NCBI RefSeq assembly: GCF_964355755.1
Contig: NC_092671.1
Coordinates: forward strand, 22,952,070 to 23,016,069
Source of the DNA: Antedon mediterranea
Lineage: Eukaryota > Animalia > Echinodermata
Reading direction: 5' to 3'
DNA: 64,000 nt
Positions 37,834-52,235 of this stretch are shown here, piece after piece; position 1 is the stretch's first letter; each line of letters begins with the position of its first letter. The notes beneath the pieces were generated by a model. The model saw nothing but the letters and a program-made list of their open reading frames with translations. It made no database searches and was not told the origin of the DNA. Both the position numbers and the translations under genes were made by a program.

Positions 37834-40431
37834 CTAAAAGAAAGTAGACATATTAAAAAAAAAACATAGTTGATTTCCATTCCTTTATTTTGGTTTTTGT
37901 TACAATAATAAATTCCAACTAATGGTTTTTCTCAGTTTTCCTGTCTTTATAATAGACAGGATTACATTGTCCATGAAGCCTAAGAGCTTGTCCATCAGCA
38001 ATAAATGTCCGCTCTTCCAGATCGCAATTAGGTCATTTTTCTCTGAACCAGGGAGGTCCCTGTCTGAGTGTAGCCTACACTGTATTGTTATGACCGCGTC
38101 GACCATAGGGTTGTCATTGCCTTTAGAAGCATGGACAATGCACACAAACAATGTATTATTTGCTAACTCCTATCTAAAGTAAGAAAACGACAATTAGAAT
38201 CGGTTATTCAAATTTGGCCAGACATCCGCCGACGAGACGGACTGTGGGCTCATGCAGACCTTTAACATTATTATTACGACATGTGTAAAGAAAAAAGCTC
38301 GACCAGAATTTGGAGTGGAAAAACAGCGCCCGGGAAACAGATACTATTTATTGTCATCAGACACTTTCATGAACGGCCGTCCTGAGTTTAAGATGCGAGA
38401 GGTTGCGCTAAAACAGGGAGTATCGCGATTTCATGTCATGTGACCAAAAAAAGTCTGTATCAACCACTGTCTTCTTTTTGAACGACTGACTGAATGTTCT
38501 GACACTATATTTAGAATGAATTTGCAACGATCTTTTTTTTTGGCATCATTCCTGTATCGTCTGAACTCACTATATTGTTTTTATTAGTTGGCCTTATTCA
38601 TTGAGGTTTAAAGATAGTGTACATATTTTTGTTTTACAGTTGTCGACAGACAATAAACAGGGTCATTCAGGGCTCATGCCTGAATGGCTTTAGAGTAACT
38701 TTTACATTAAAAACTCTCTACAAAATTTACTTTACAATCAAAAATTCTTCTCTCCTCTTACAAATGTCCTAAATTCTTATTCTATTGGATTACAGTTTCT
38801 ATTAATAGTATACCTCTGGAATGTTCCTATTTGTTCTTTTATTAATTATATATTGTTTCTTAATTCTATACATACACTTATGTTCTAAAACAGCAATCCT
38901 CAAACTGTTATTTCGCTGCCTAAAATCTGGTTTCTGAAATCAAACCGTGGCTCAAACTACCCACCATGCTGGGGCTGAGGTACGGAACATTTTTAAGAAT
39001 ATGGGCCTGTAGGTCCCCGGAAATTGCATTTTAATTTACTTGGGGAGTAAACTTGTGTTGATGATCCACCGCAGTCCAGGGTTTCCCCTTCCCGTTCACA
39101 CAAGATTTTACATTACATCGCGATTGAAACTTTAGGCGCACATCCATTGTTTGGTACAGTATGGTTATAGTAGAGCAGTTAACGCCATAAAAATAGCCAA
39201 GTTGTGCACTTTATTACCAAAGCATGAAACTTTCCACAAAGTTTCTTTGATGTATATAGATTTCAAATATCGGGGGGTGCCAAGTGTCCAACGTCCGGTA
39301 AGGCGGCCATCTTGATTTAAAAATGGCCACCATAAAAACAAAAAGTGTTCATATCTTGGCAACTATAAACAGTAGAAACTTGATTCTGGTGTTAAATTGT
39401 TCACAAACCACATATTTCTATTTGCTCTAATGAAAAGTTTCGTCCAAAAATGACGTTTCCTCCAGTTTGACCTTTGACCTCTTATCTGTATATCTCAGTA
39501 ACTACTGATCATTTTCAATCGATTTTGGTGTCATTTTGTTCAGAATAGAGACATTTATATTTGTAGTAATGAAACATTTTCACATAAAATCGACTGGAAA
39601 TACAATTTATAACCTTTGACATATATAATTATGTGAACATACTGTATGTGGTTTACATTGGTACAAATGCACCTAATTTTTTTACCGAAATAAATGACAC
39701 TTAGGCCTAACGCAAAAATGACCAGGAATTATTATTCTGAAATTTTTACTTTTGATGTGATAAGATAGGCATAAAGTATGACAGATCACTGAGCTCATCT
39801 ATGCCGACTTGTTTGCTAAACTGTGATGTGTCAATTGTTAGATAAAAGTGTTGGCCCTCTCTCCTTCATCTTTTCTTTTTTTTTTTGTAATGTATTATAC
39901 CAATGGACAATTGTCTGAAATAAAAGTTGAATTGAATTGTTATATGCCAATTGGAAATATTTTTGATGTAAAGTAGCATTCTTTCGTTGGCCTCTTTGAT
40001 GTTGAATATGAGACAAGTTCGGAAAGTTCTCATTTTCATGAGTTAAGAGAAGAGAACACCGTCTTTCAAAGTACTTACTACAAACTTATCCTGCATTTGT
40101 GTAGTAGACCTACTTTCATTAGTCAGAAACTCAGATAATTCTTGTTCATTTTCGTTGCATCTAAAAAAATGTACTCCATTTGTATGGTAATGGGGCTTGG
40201 CTGTAAACCTTTCATCTGAATCCTCTTCCTCGATTTTCTCTAGTCATTGTTTTTTTAACAAAATCCGAACCAAATCAATTTGTAAAAGACATCTCAATAT
40301 AATTATTCAAGTAATCCTCAAATTAGTGACATGATGGACCTACAATATACTGTTCTGTACAAGACCTTTAGGCATCCACCTGTGGCCTTTCACTTTAAAG
40401 GTCTTAGTCTTCTAATCATACAAGAAACAAT

Positions 40432-40850
40432 AGGGAGGTTTCGCAACCTTACGAATACGATAACAAAAACGGATACGTCACACATTTGTGAAACTTTTGA
40501 GCTGATCCCCATTTCATATTCGTAAAGCGTATTCGTGTTGACGAATATCACCAGTCATATTCGTAACTACAAAACGAGTATAGTTTTTGATCTATTTTGC
40601 ACATTTTGCATTTGAATCAGGAATGATTCATGATTATAATATAATTATACTTTTATTGAAAGTAATTTACTAAAGTAATTTACTAAAGTAATTTACTAAA
40701 ATGCCAGGTAAATTTTGATAAATAGCAATTTTTAAAGTCTTCACTCGCTTTGCCATGCGAAACAGATTTTTACTGGCTTACGAAAAACGAATACATGTGC
40801 GTGACGTATCCGTTTTCGTTATCGTATTTGTAAGATTGCGAAACCTCCCT
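40432..40850. mobile_element. MITE with AT TSD (ISL2EU-type)
   Basis: AT|AGGGAGGTTTCGCAACCTTACGAATACGATAAC... / ...GATTGCGAAACCTCCCT|AT, TIR about 50 bp. Confidence 0.82.
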
Positions 40851-40883
40851 ATTGTCTGATTTAATCAATCAAAGTAGTGGATC

Positions 40884-41060
40884 CAGACAAAGAAGGGGGT
40901 GTAAGACCATCCACAGACAAAGAAGGGGGTTTAATACCATCAACAGACAAAGAAAGGGGTGTAAGACCATTCACACACAAAGAAAAGGGTGTGATACCAT
41001 CAACAGACACAGAAGGGGGTATAAGACCATCTACAGACAAAGAAGGAGGGTTAGGACCAT
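40884..41060. repeat. 30-bp minisatellite, about 6 copies
   Basis: Unit CAGACAAAGAAGGGGGTGTAAGACCATCCA. Confidence 0.9.
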
Positions 41061-41443
41061 ATTAACCGAGGAAGCATACAAAAATAAGATGCAATCAAAA
41101 TAGGCCTACCACTTGGAAAACAATAAATTGTAGAATAACTGAGTCTTAATTGTTGAAATATAAAGGGTTCTTTGTAAGGTCATTAATAATATATTGATAT
41201 AAACATGATCATCATACTATTCATTTGACATTCAAATACAGTCTATCTCGAAAAGAAGCTCATATTATCACCTTTTCGAGGTTTTACGGTATTCCATAAC
41301 ATGTATGTTATTTCCTCTGTCAAACCATTAAAACTTATAGCGAATCAGAAGGTGCCAACATCATTGAACTAATGGTACCACCAAGCACAATGTTTACCAA
41401 TTTTATGTACTATATACAATTTAAGTCCATTAATCATTTAATA

Positions 41444-43034
41444 CTAGCAATTATACCCGCCACAGGGCGGATTTAAAAATTAGTTTAAAGCCTTCTCAGT
41501 ACATAACACCCGACGCCAGTATCTCCGTATACGCACCAACCTCCACCCCTTAATAACACCCCACACTCTTTCCAGTGAAGGACAAATTCAATTAAACTTT
41601 AGCTTCAAATTGAGAGGGCATACATAGCTATGATAGGCCTATGTCTTAAGTACGTTGTAAACTTTGTAAATGAGTAGGTGTCATATTGGCTGATAATTAA
41701 AATATATAATGTTGATACTGCGGTCCCCCCGGCCTTCTTTCTCCTCTCACCATCGCAGCCGCAACAAACCTTACCTCCTCCCCTGGACAGTTTAAATGTA
41801 GGCCTAGTAAGTTTTCGTTGTACAATTCAATCATATAGGCCTAGGCTACTTCATTACGCCAGTATTTTCGCTCCTCCTCCCAACACACCCCAGACACCGG
41901 GTGATGTTTTTAAGACGGTTCCAGTACAAATTATGTTAGCCATCACTCCCAACCAATAATCTCTCAGTGGCAGTTTTCAAATGTAGTTTAAAACATTCCC
42001 AGTTTCGGTCATGGTGATAGGCCTACATCCCCACCCCAAAATCCCAACCGTTTCCCAGGAATAATTAAATACTGTAACATTTTCCATTCACAATTCTGGT
42101 CAATTTGATAGCCTACTATTCCTAACCTAAGCAAAATCCCCACTATCCCCTTAACCCCAACACCCTATCTCTACTACTCCTACCTAAGAAAAAAATCCCC
42201 ACTATTCCCTGAACCCCAACTCGTATCTCCCAACGCCCCTCTACCACAATGGGCGTTTTTTTTCTTGGAGGCATGGTGATGTGTTTGAACACAGTAACAG
42301 CAAAAAAATCCCCACTATTCCCTGAACCCCAACTCGTATCTCCCAACGCCCCTCTACCACAATGGGCGTTTTTTTTCTTGGAGGCATGGTGATGTGTTTG
42401 AACACAGTAACAGCAAAGACACAGGAATGGATGTCTGTAATGAGCCAATCCAAGAGATCGATACATAGCTGGATATGGTTAAAGTACTTTGCTAAATGTG
42501 TAATTGAATAGGTGTCATATTGGTTAATGAATAAAATATGTATATCTATATCTATATTTCCCCAAACACCTTGCTGAGGATAATTAAAATACTGTAAAAC
42601 TTTTGTAGTATAATTTTACAATTCGATAGCCTACAACCCCGAGCCCTAGCAAAAAATGACATCACAAACCACCACACCACCCCCCGCCCCCACCCCTCCC
42701 ACAAAAACCCCAGGAGTCGGGGGAATTTTTTTAAATGTAGTTTAAAACCTTCCGGGTACAATTGCCATCATTTTGATACCCCATACGTATGGTTACGTGC
42801 AGAAACGGAAATTTGTATAACGAACAAACATCGAAAGTGGGGGTTTTGACCACATTTTGGTCCCTAACATGGATCCTAGGTGGCGGATGATGTTGAAATA
42901 TAGCTTAGAACATTCCCGGAACAATTGCGGTCATTTTGATACCCCATATGTAAGATTACGTGCAGTAACAAAAATTTGTATAACGAACAAACAGACAAAC
43001 AGACAAACTCTCTCACTTATAATATAGATATAGA
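41444..43034 (-). mobile_element. Non-autonomous Helitron
   Basis: Minus strand starts A|TCTATATCTATATT followed by a (TGTT/CTGT) microsatellite. Ends with hairpin CCGCCCTGTGGCGG then CTAG|T. Internal duplications include 112 bp at 42190-42415. Confidence 0.75.
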
Positions 43035-44197
43035 TAATTACGCCTATCAGGTCAAAGTTCAAAATTAGGTGCATTTAAAACCAACAAAAACCACATACAG
43101 TATATTCACATAATTAAAAATCAATAAATAAATGTCAAAGGTCATAAATTGTATTTCCGGTCATTTTATGTGAAAATGCTTCATTACTACAAATATAAAT
43201 GTATTTATTCTGAACAAAATGACACCAAAATCGATTGAAAATAACCAGTAGTTACGGAGATATACAAACACGAGGTCAAAGGTCAAACTGTAAGAAACGT
43301 CATTTCCGGTAATTTTTGGACGAAACTTTTCATTAGAGCAAATAGAAATATATAGTTTGTGAACAATTTGAGAGCAGAATTAAGTCTCTAATGTGTATAG
43401 TTGCCAATATGTGAACATTTTTGGTTTTTATGGTGGCCATTTTGAAATCAAGATGGCCGCCATACCGGACGTTGGACACTTGGCATCCCCCGATATTTTG
43501 AATCTATATACATTAAAGAAACTTTGTGCCAAGTTTCATGCTTTTGTAATAAAATGCACAGCTCATGTCATTAACTGCTCTACTATTACGATCAATGGAA
43601 ATTAAACCAAATAGACCCAACTCATAACCATGTATCATCAAACACCATTCATCACCACAACATTTCATTGTTTGTAGGAACAAGGCTTTTGATGCTAAGA
43701 AAACATTACCATAATTTTTTGTTTATTTCTCGAGCCCAAATTTGCGGTAGTTTTTGTGAACATACTTTTAGAAAGTTAAGGAATCGTAATTTATTCCATT
43801 CCCCATTCTTTCTGAGCTCAAAACTCTTTTGTGGAGTTTTAAGGGGCTAGTATACATGGATGTGGTAATAATCAACAATAATAAACAACAAATCATAATA
43901 ACATAGAACATAATAATAATAATAATTGATAATGGACCAACAACATCCATGTCAATTTGTTGGAATGGTTCACTAATTATTGGCATAATTATTATCATCT
44001 CTGGGCATTTTAGAACTCTGTTCCTGTGATGTATGTGCTTATTGTGTATGTATATGTATTTATGTGTGTATGTATATGTATTTATGTGTGTATGTATATG
44101 TCTTTATGTATAATACGGAACTTTCGAGCTTTGCTCGACGCGATTATGAGACCTTGTTCCGACTATCAGCACTGTTTTTATAATTGACAGTATGATG

Positions 44198-44228
<31 letters not shown>

Positions 44229-44339
44229 ATGTATGTATATGTATATGTATATATGTATATTTTTATGTATGTTACAACTGACTAACTTTATCAATTGATT
44301 CATAGTTATACATAATGAGACTCTGTTTTGAGCAGTTTA

Positions 44340-47300
44340 AAATTACATTTTACGCTCAACCACGTTACTTACTATACCTCAATTTTTCTAAACTCTTAAT
44401 TTGTATTTGTTCTGTGTTTTGTCTGTGTTTTTTTTGTTTCTATTTAAACCCTCATCAACTGCTAGTCAATTTGACGACATCGACCCGGACAATCATTTTT
44501 TTAATAATCAAAATATTTCTAATTACTATTTACCAAATGAATTCACAAAGAAATTCAATAACAATGAATTTGAAAATCGTTTCTCTTACAAAAAAACTTT
44601 GAATCTATTTCAAGTTGCATTCAATCTCTTAATTTTGACTTTGATGTCATTTCGGTAACTGAAACTTGGATGGACTGTGTTAGTCCACTTATTCATTTAC
44701 CATTTTATTCACTAGTTTTCAAACCCTGTTCATATAAATGCGGAGGTATCAATATTTTTATCAATAATAAGTGTCATTATAAAATTAGAGATGACTTACC
44801 GTAACTCCTTTAACCTATCTTTGTGAATCTCAGTTTATTGAAGTTGAAACCGGAAAAGAAGATATAATAATCGGAACTATATATAGACCTCATGAAATTT
44901 CTATTCCTTTCTTTACACAGAACTTTGAACTCCTTATTAAAAACATAACGAAAGAAAATAAAAAAATATTTCTCCTCTGTGATTTTAACATTGACTTACT
45001 CAAATTTGAATCGGATAACAATATTAATGATTTTGTTCATTGTCTTTTCAACAATTCTCTCATTTCGCTTATTCATAGACCGACACGCATCACCGAACAT
45101 TCCGCTACCCTAATTAACAACATTTTCACTAATGATCTTGAATCGTCTGTTAGTGGTATCATTATTAATGATGCTACAGATCATCTTCCTGTTTTTACAG
45201 TGGGACAGCCAGTCGACAAATCGTGTCAAATTTCGACTCGGAGAGGGCGCCCTACTTTTCTAATTTAGTTCAAAATTGCTAAATTTTAGGGTGTTGGAAA
45301 AACACAATATTTGTAAATTTAGCTGATCATCGGAAAAATATTGTTAGTGAAATAAATTCATAAATGGTTTTAATATATTGTCATGTAAAATTAAATGTAT
45401 TTTAACAAAACGATAATCTGTAATTTAACGGCAAAATCAACCAATGTCTTTTTTTCGAAATTGTACCCTAGAAAATCATTAAAATAAAATATTTAGAAAA
45501 ATTGAACAGTCCTGAATTTAAAATCCCTGTTAGAAAAATTAATAATCTACAGAATACGATATTAAGATACAAAATTCGGTGGTTGGGATGCAGCTCCGAC
45601 TATTCAAACTAAAGGTACCACTATTTGTTCCATCGAAAACTAGCGAAACCGCCATTTTGTAAACACATCGTCATCGTGTTTATGAATTTATTTATATCGA
45701 ACGATATACGCGATGTTTATAATTGTCCGCGTATAAGAATTCATATAAATAAATACATTCCAATACAACGTATATTATTACTTGTTTATTTATCACAGTA
45801 TACATTTTAGTTGAGGAATATTTATCAATAGCTTTTATACGAGTCCGAGGCCTAGCCATATTAGCGACCGATTGTTCCAGGGGCGGAAAGTCACTTAGTG
45901 ACGTTGTGATCGGGCGCGTCGGGCCTAGCTAATATTAATAATATGACCTGAAATAAGCGGCTAACAAGAACTGTTATATACTTGCTTACAATTGTTTTGT
46001 TATTGATGAACAAACAAGCAATTAGATTGAATAACAAATTATTTATTCATTTTTTTTTTGGTAAAAACATGTACAAACTAGTACTGTATAATATAAATTA
46101 TAATAATAGTAATATTAAACTAATACAGTATTAATAAAATATAAAATAGGCCTAACATACAATAAATATTCAATTTTTAAGGTCTACCACATGACAATAA
46201 CATAATTTACAGAGTATAGTGTAGTAGGTTTGCATTCAACATAAATATTTGTATTGTAATTCATCTAAATCCTCTGCAACATACATATATATTTGTAATT
46301 CAACATTTTGTTTTAAATAATTAAATTATAGTTTGGGTATGACAATGTCGGTAGGTACCGGTGTCATCTTTTTATCCACTTCACTCTCAGTTTGAAGTCA
46401 CAAAAACTCTGCATCATCAACAACGATTCCTGAAAGTGTCAGAAAAAATAATAAATATTATTTTTAAAAAAATGTTAATGTCTGGTTGTATATATAATTA
46501 TAATATTATATGATGACATAAAAGTAAGGCAAATGGAAGCTGTATTTTATTAATTAAATTACAGTATTTACTATTATTATTTATATAATCTAGGCCTACT
46601 TGTACTAGTAGCCTGCTAGGCATCTATTGAGCCTAATAAATCAAATAATAAATGAAAAACAAAATAATAATATTAATACTGATTGGAAAAAAGTATTTTT
46701 TTTGCGGGGATCAGATCACCAGGCTAGGCCAGGACCAATGATACTCGTAATCAGTACAACTTAACGACTATCGGATCAGCATCAACACAGTACAACACAC
46801 GTCTCGCTATCGCCTATACTGACACACGTGTCTCGCGTTGCCGAAACCACGCTCACAGCTAGAAAATGTACCTACCTTTCGAGGCCTGAGAATACACCAA
46901 CAAATTTTGAACAGGATAGAAATATATCATACTCGATTAAACTAATATTATTCTTGATAAAACAATTGATTATAATTTTTTTAATTTGTTGGGATGCACC
47001 TCCGACTATTCAGAAAATGGACAACAAAACAGTAGTCAAATCGTACCACATTTATAAATTTCACGAGTCCCGACTTCAGTCGCCGAATGTATTGTATTAG
47101 CTTCGGTTTCTTTGAAGGAAACCGATTGGTTATTCAATAATACTTATTAGGAAATGCTTTTACCATAATAGGTAATGTTGGGCGGTTCTTAAATATTCAT
47201 GAGAGCTTAAAATAAAACAGCACTTATTTGCTAGGCGACGAAAAATCGTGGTTTCAGTTTTCAACGATAGGTGGCGCTTCAAAATCGTCAATGCGGAAGT

Positions 47301-49939
47301 AAGTCGATTTTACACGATTTAACGGTCAAAACGCGAAGTGGCTTTCCCACTGTTTAACATCAGTTCAAATAAACCGAGTAATCGAGTTATCAATACCAAT
47401 CTTATATTTAGAAATACTAGTGAACACAATATCCTTAATTTTCGTAATGATTTATCAAATTTTCCACGGAATGATGTCGTGAGTACGCAAGACACAAATC
47501 TGCCATATGACACATTTATTAATAATTTTACCACTTTATATAATAAACACTTTCCTTTAATTGAACCATCCAAAGCTAAAGTTAAACTTAAACCATGGAT
47601 GATCGATGGACTTTTGACCTCGATTTTGTACAAACAGAAACTTTATTCTAAAAGTCTACGGCATCCAACACTTTCTAATATATACAAATATAAGCGTTAT
47701 CGAAATAAATTAAACAACCTTTTAAACACTGCTAAATTGGATTGCTTTTGTGAAACTTTTACTAAGCATGTCATCAATTCTCTTCTTAAGTCAAATAAAA
47801 ATGCACCTACCGATATTGAACTTTTAGCTGATGGAAAATTAATAAAAGAACCTTTAATAGTAGCAAATCTATTCAATGATCACTTTACAAATATTGGACC
47901 CAACCTTGCTAGAAAAATAAACAATGACTCTGATAAAACTTTTCATCACTTCTGACATCCCCCTATTCCTAACTCAATTTTTCTTTCACCTGTAACCGAA
48001 CAAGAAGTGCACAAAATCACAAATTCATTTAAAAGCAACAAGGCTTCTGGCATCGATGACATTTGTGCTAAAGTTATCAAAAAATCCATTGACACTATTC
48101 TGTCTCCTCTCACTTACATTTTTAATTTATCTCTTACATCTGGTGTTTTTCCCAACTCCCTGAAAAGTGGTAAAGTTATTCCAATTTTCAAGAAAGGTAG
48201 CAAGTCCGATCCAAATAACTATCGTCCAATCTCCATCCTTCCCTTTTTTTCAAAGATTCTTGAAAAGATTATTTAAAACCGCGTCTATAATTTTATAAGC
48301 AAGCACAATATTCTTTATAATAAACAATTCGGATTTAGGAAAAACTATTCTACGTCTTTTGCGTTAATTGATTTAACCAACAACATTATTGATGCAATTC
48401 AAAACAATTCTTTTCCCTCTGGCTTGTTTATTGACCTGTCGAAAGCTTTTGATACTATTGACCATCATATTCTGATTACTAAACTTTCAAATTATGGTAT
48501 CCGTGGTGTTGCTCTTAAACTTTTAAACAATTACTTATCAAATAGATTTCAATGTACTTCTGTTAACAATCATACCTCTGATCTTAAGCCCATTACCTGT
48601 GGTGTTCCCCAAGGGTCCTTGCTTGGCCCTCTTTTATTTCTAATTTACATCAATGATTTACCAAACGCCTCAGATATCCTTACCTTTTATCTTTATGCAG
48701 ATGACACGACTTTATTTTATAAAAGTGTTAACTTTCAATCAATTTTTCATACTTTTAACCAAGAATTAATTAATATTAATGATTATTTTAATGTGAATAA
48801 ACTTTCAATAAACCTAAGTAAATGCAACTTTATGTTGTTTGGAATACGTCATCAAAAACTGACCGACGAGTCTCATAAAATTCTGATTGGTGATCAAGTA
48901 ATTCCCCATGTTAAGCAAACCAAATTTTTAGGTGTTTTAATTGACCAAGAGCTAAATTTTAAAAATCATATAAAAGAAATTGAATTAAAAATTTCTAAAA
49001 ACATTGGCATACTTTCTCGTCTTTCTTCCTTTTTACCGTCTCACATTTTACGCAATATTTACTGTTCCTTTATTGTGCCTTTTATTAGTTACTGTAACAT
49101 TGTATGGGCCAATAATTACCCCTCAAATCTTAATAAAATACACGTCCTTCAAAAGAAAGCTGTTCGTCTTATCTCGGGTAACTCACGTCTTGCTCATACT
49201 AATATGATATCCTTTTTATAACCTTAAACTTTTAACTGTGCACGATATTAATAAACTCCAACAATGCATTTTCGTTTATGAACATATTAATTCCAAACTG
49301 CCTTCTAACTTTTCCTGTAATTTTTTAACTAACTCTGAAATCCATTCGTATAACACAAGAGCATCGCGGGACCTTCATCTTCCTCAACCTAAACTAACTA
49401 AAATGAAACATAACATTCGTTATAGTGGTTTTAAACTATTCAATAATCTACCTCCCGAAATTTCATCATCGTCTTCTAGCAAAATGTTCTCTTTTAAACT
49501 TAAAGAATATCTTATTTCAAATTATAATTAATTGTTTTCTCTATTTTGTAATATTTTTTTAACTTTAGAAATGTTTTTGAAATTGCTTCCTTTACTGTAG
49601 GTGTGTGTGTGTGTGTGTGTGTGTGTCTGTTGATCTATATGTGTATGTGTAGTTATATGTTTACATTTATATATATAAGTATATAATCTTCTTACATGGC
49701 TTCCCAACATACAAGTTTCAATTGGATTTTTGTTTCCAATTGATCGATACTTTCTTGGGCTTTTTTGCCTCTTTCATTTTGTATATAACTGAATCATCTT
49801 TTTTTTTTATACATTATGATTTACTGTATTATATCTCTAAAAAAAAAATATTTATATATAAAATATCAGAAATTATAATGTTTTTACTCAAATATGAATG
49901 AAAGAAATAAATGTTTATTTGAATTGAATTGAATTGAAT
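44340..49939 (+). mobile_element. L2/Crack-group LINE, degenerate ORF2, interrupted by a DNA transposon
   Basis: EN remnants (VISVTETW, IYRP, DFNIDLL, PTRIT, DHLPVF). RT in ORF 48424..49221 (FIDLSKAFD, GVPQGS, YADD). Several stop codons. (TTGAA)n tail. The 5' boundary is approximate. Confidence 0.88.
45198..47352. mobile_element. Non-autonomous TIR transposon with 4-bp TSD (Sola/Chapaev-type, uncertain)
   Basis: TIRs CAGTGGGACAGCCA / TGGCTTTCCCACTG with TSD TTTA. Excision restores the LINE frame DHLPVFNISSNKP. Confidence 0.82.
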
Positions 49940-50704
49940 AGGAATCTTTACTTTAAATTTTTCTAACAACTCTCGTTGATTGTTACAATTACTCAATCAC
50001 ATCGTTTCTAACAGGCCAAAAGAATCTCTGCTTTATTCTATCTTATGGCTACCAAAATAACCTGCCAAAGGAAAATCATAAATTAGCTAAAACTAGGAAA
50101 TACTTAGGTAAGCCATTACAAATTATTATTATTATTGCATACTGTTATTAAAAGATAATTAAAGATCAGTGAATCTATAGCAGATCGTAGTGTTGTGTTG
50201 CCCAGTAACCAGCCTAGGATTCGTATTTTTGGTTTCTAGACCTATTTTTCTTGATCCTCATCATACAAATTAGTCTAGGTCTATATATTAATTTATTTTG
50301 TCATTTGAGGCAAAACAAAAAATTTCAGTTATTATGTAAGCGATATTGAGAAATGGGTCAAATGCCATACTTCCGGTCATTTTTCTGTAAAATGTTACAT
50401 TAAAGCATAAAATATGTACATTCTGTATAAGTCTGTAAAATATCAACTCTTTAGCATTAGTGATTTTCGAGATATGGGACTAGTAGTTTTTGAGATATGG
50501 TAACCATGTAATTTCACCCTAATTTGCATATTTTAGCTAATATGCATATTATCGGGATGAGTGATAGAGGTGTGATGCTCAAATTTTGATCTCCTTATCA
50601 TATGTCACCACTTAAAGAAAAATCTCTCTTTAGATTTTCTAGGCTAATAATGTAAAAATAAGAAGTAGTTCAGACAGAAAATATATAAATTGAATTACTA
50701 ATAC

Positions 50705-50997
50705 CTTACAATTGTCTGTACAGTCACAACATATTAAAAAGTTAGTGTCTGTATTTATGACTGCTTTCTTGCATTTTCTATATGTAATGTAAAGGTAACT
50801 TTCATCAGGTCGTCCATAATCTATTTCGTTCACGAGCATTACCGGAACCATTTCTGCACCATGGGATAAATCCTTGATTATAACTTTCGCTTCTTTTCCC
50901 CATAGAGTTGAGCGTCCTGCACTTCTTGGAATTGTATAGATGAATGGATCAAAAGTGAAATTATCAATAGCAAGATATTTCATGTCAGTCTGCGTTA
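50705..50997 (-). CDS. SETDB1: SETDB-family exon: end of MBD and start of pre-SET
   Basis: ttcttcAG|TA ACG CAG... gives LTQTDMKYLAIDNFTFDP...KDLSHGAEMVPVMLVNEID...INTDTNFLICCDCTDNCK|GTA. 293 nt, phase-compatible on both sides. Overlaps ORF 50639..50983. Confidence 0.92.
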
Positions 50998-51235
50998 CTG
51001 AAGAATTAAATGGATATTTAAAATTTAATTATTAGGTAGCCCAATTGCTTTTAAGGTTTACGACAAGTAAAATTAATAAATTAAAAATATATATAAATAA
51101 AATATAATTCCAAAGGCAAAAAACTGAAAAAATGACAATGCTGTGGGTATCAGTGGCTGGATCTCAATGGAGATACCAAAAAAAAAAAGCAAAAAGCTAA
51201 ATCAAAACAATAAAATAAAACAGACAGAGAAGTTA

Positions 51236-51335
51236 GCAGAGCTTTCGGGCAACACTTCATTAGTGCAAGTGAATAAAATATATAAACACTACTGGTACAG
51301 AATTTAATTCTAAACCATCCGGTGATATACAGACA
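51236..51335 (-). ncRNA. Penelope-like 3' remnant with mutated minimal hammerhead ribozyme
   Basis: Minus strand GCA-CTAATGA-AGTGTTGCCC-GAAA-GCTC-TGC, where the canonical core is CTGATGA. Preceded by SPDGL, like the P.GLN end of Penelope ORFs. Confidence 0.55.
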
Positions 51336-51422
51336 ATTACTTAATTTGAAACGATAAAGAAGAGGAAATCTGTGAGAATGAGAAAAAGTAATCCCAACTG
51401 GATATATATAAAAATAATATTA

Positions 51423-52166
51423 AGTCAACTCCGCCTAAGTCGAATCTAATATGAATTATATGGATTTGTTTTTTAAAAAATGCTAAGCCAACTCACTAGC
51501 CTCGCCACGGCTAGGACTAGCCTGCCTGCTTACACAATGAGCTTACATGATTTAGCCACCATTAAAGTACCTTTTTCATTAAATTTAAAAAAAAATGCCT
51601 TTTAAAACAGCACTTTTTCCTTGAAAATTTCAATCGAACTAGGGCCATTTTAGAATCCAGAAGTCAATGTATGTTGTATTTTTTGCTTTTATTTTGAAAT
51701 TATAGAGGTTAATTTTAGACATAATGATACAGCAAGAACCATAGCTCTGCTGTGCATGTAAAACGGTGGCGAGATGACTTTTTTTTAAAACAATGCAGTT
51801 TACAGTTGTTACAAAGGGTTAAATTTTTAAAATCATAAAATAGGCAAATTCTAAAACATATATGTAAAATTTTTTTTTGTAATTTTTAAAAAATTTAAAT
51901 TATCTAATAATAGTCATCATAGCTGTGGCAAAAATTGCTATTAATATCTCATCATCAATCGGTATACATTATTTATATTGCCTTCTAGCACAAATGAGTG
52001 CCAAAAACCAAAGTCTATTCATACAATTTGCCTAAGAGAACCAAAATGATCCCACATAATCACCTCTCTTGTTTGTTTATCGAATTGCGTATGTTTCGGG
52101 TGGCTTTTAGTGTGTTTTTCGACTTATACAATACTTACGCTAAGTCGACTTAAGAGGAGTTGACTG
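51423..52166. mobile_element. pogo/Tigger-like MITE
   Basis: AGTCAACTCCGCCTAAGTCGA ... TCGACTTAAGAGGAGTTGACTG. The left end is slightly eroded. Confidence 0.65.
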
Positions 52167-52235
52167 TGTATGAATAAAAATAATACAATTGGTAATGCTT
52201 GTCTAAATACTCTATAATAAACAAATGAAACTTAC

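Larger units (their letters stand above)
39168..43585. mobile_element. Academ-type non-autonomous element with about 500-bp imperfect TIRs
   Basis: Ends TAGTAGAGCAGTTAA / TTAACTGCTCTACTA. 3-bp TSD TTA. Arms 39168-39680 and 43060-43585. Confidence 0.8.

Noticed and set aside
39830-40260. Gypsy Pol remnant (LKDGVLF)
   Set aside because: The motif is too short, there are stops, and its order relative to the integrase motif at 43.9 kb is wrong for a single element.
40852-41103. Repetitive proteins from ORFs 40852..41103 and 40877..41065
   Set aside because: These are translations of a 30-bp minisatellite with no splice or homology support.
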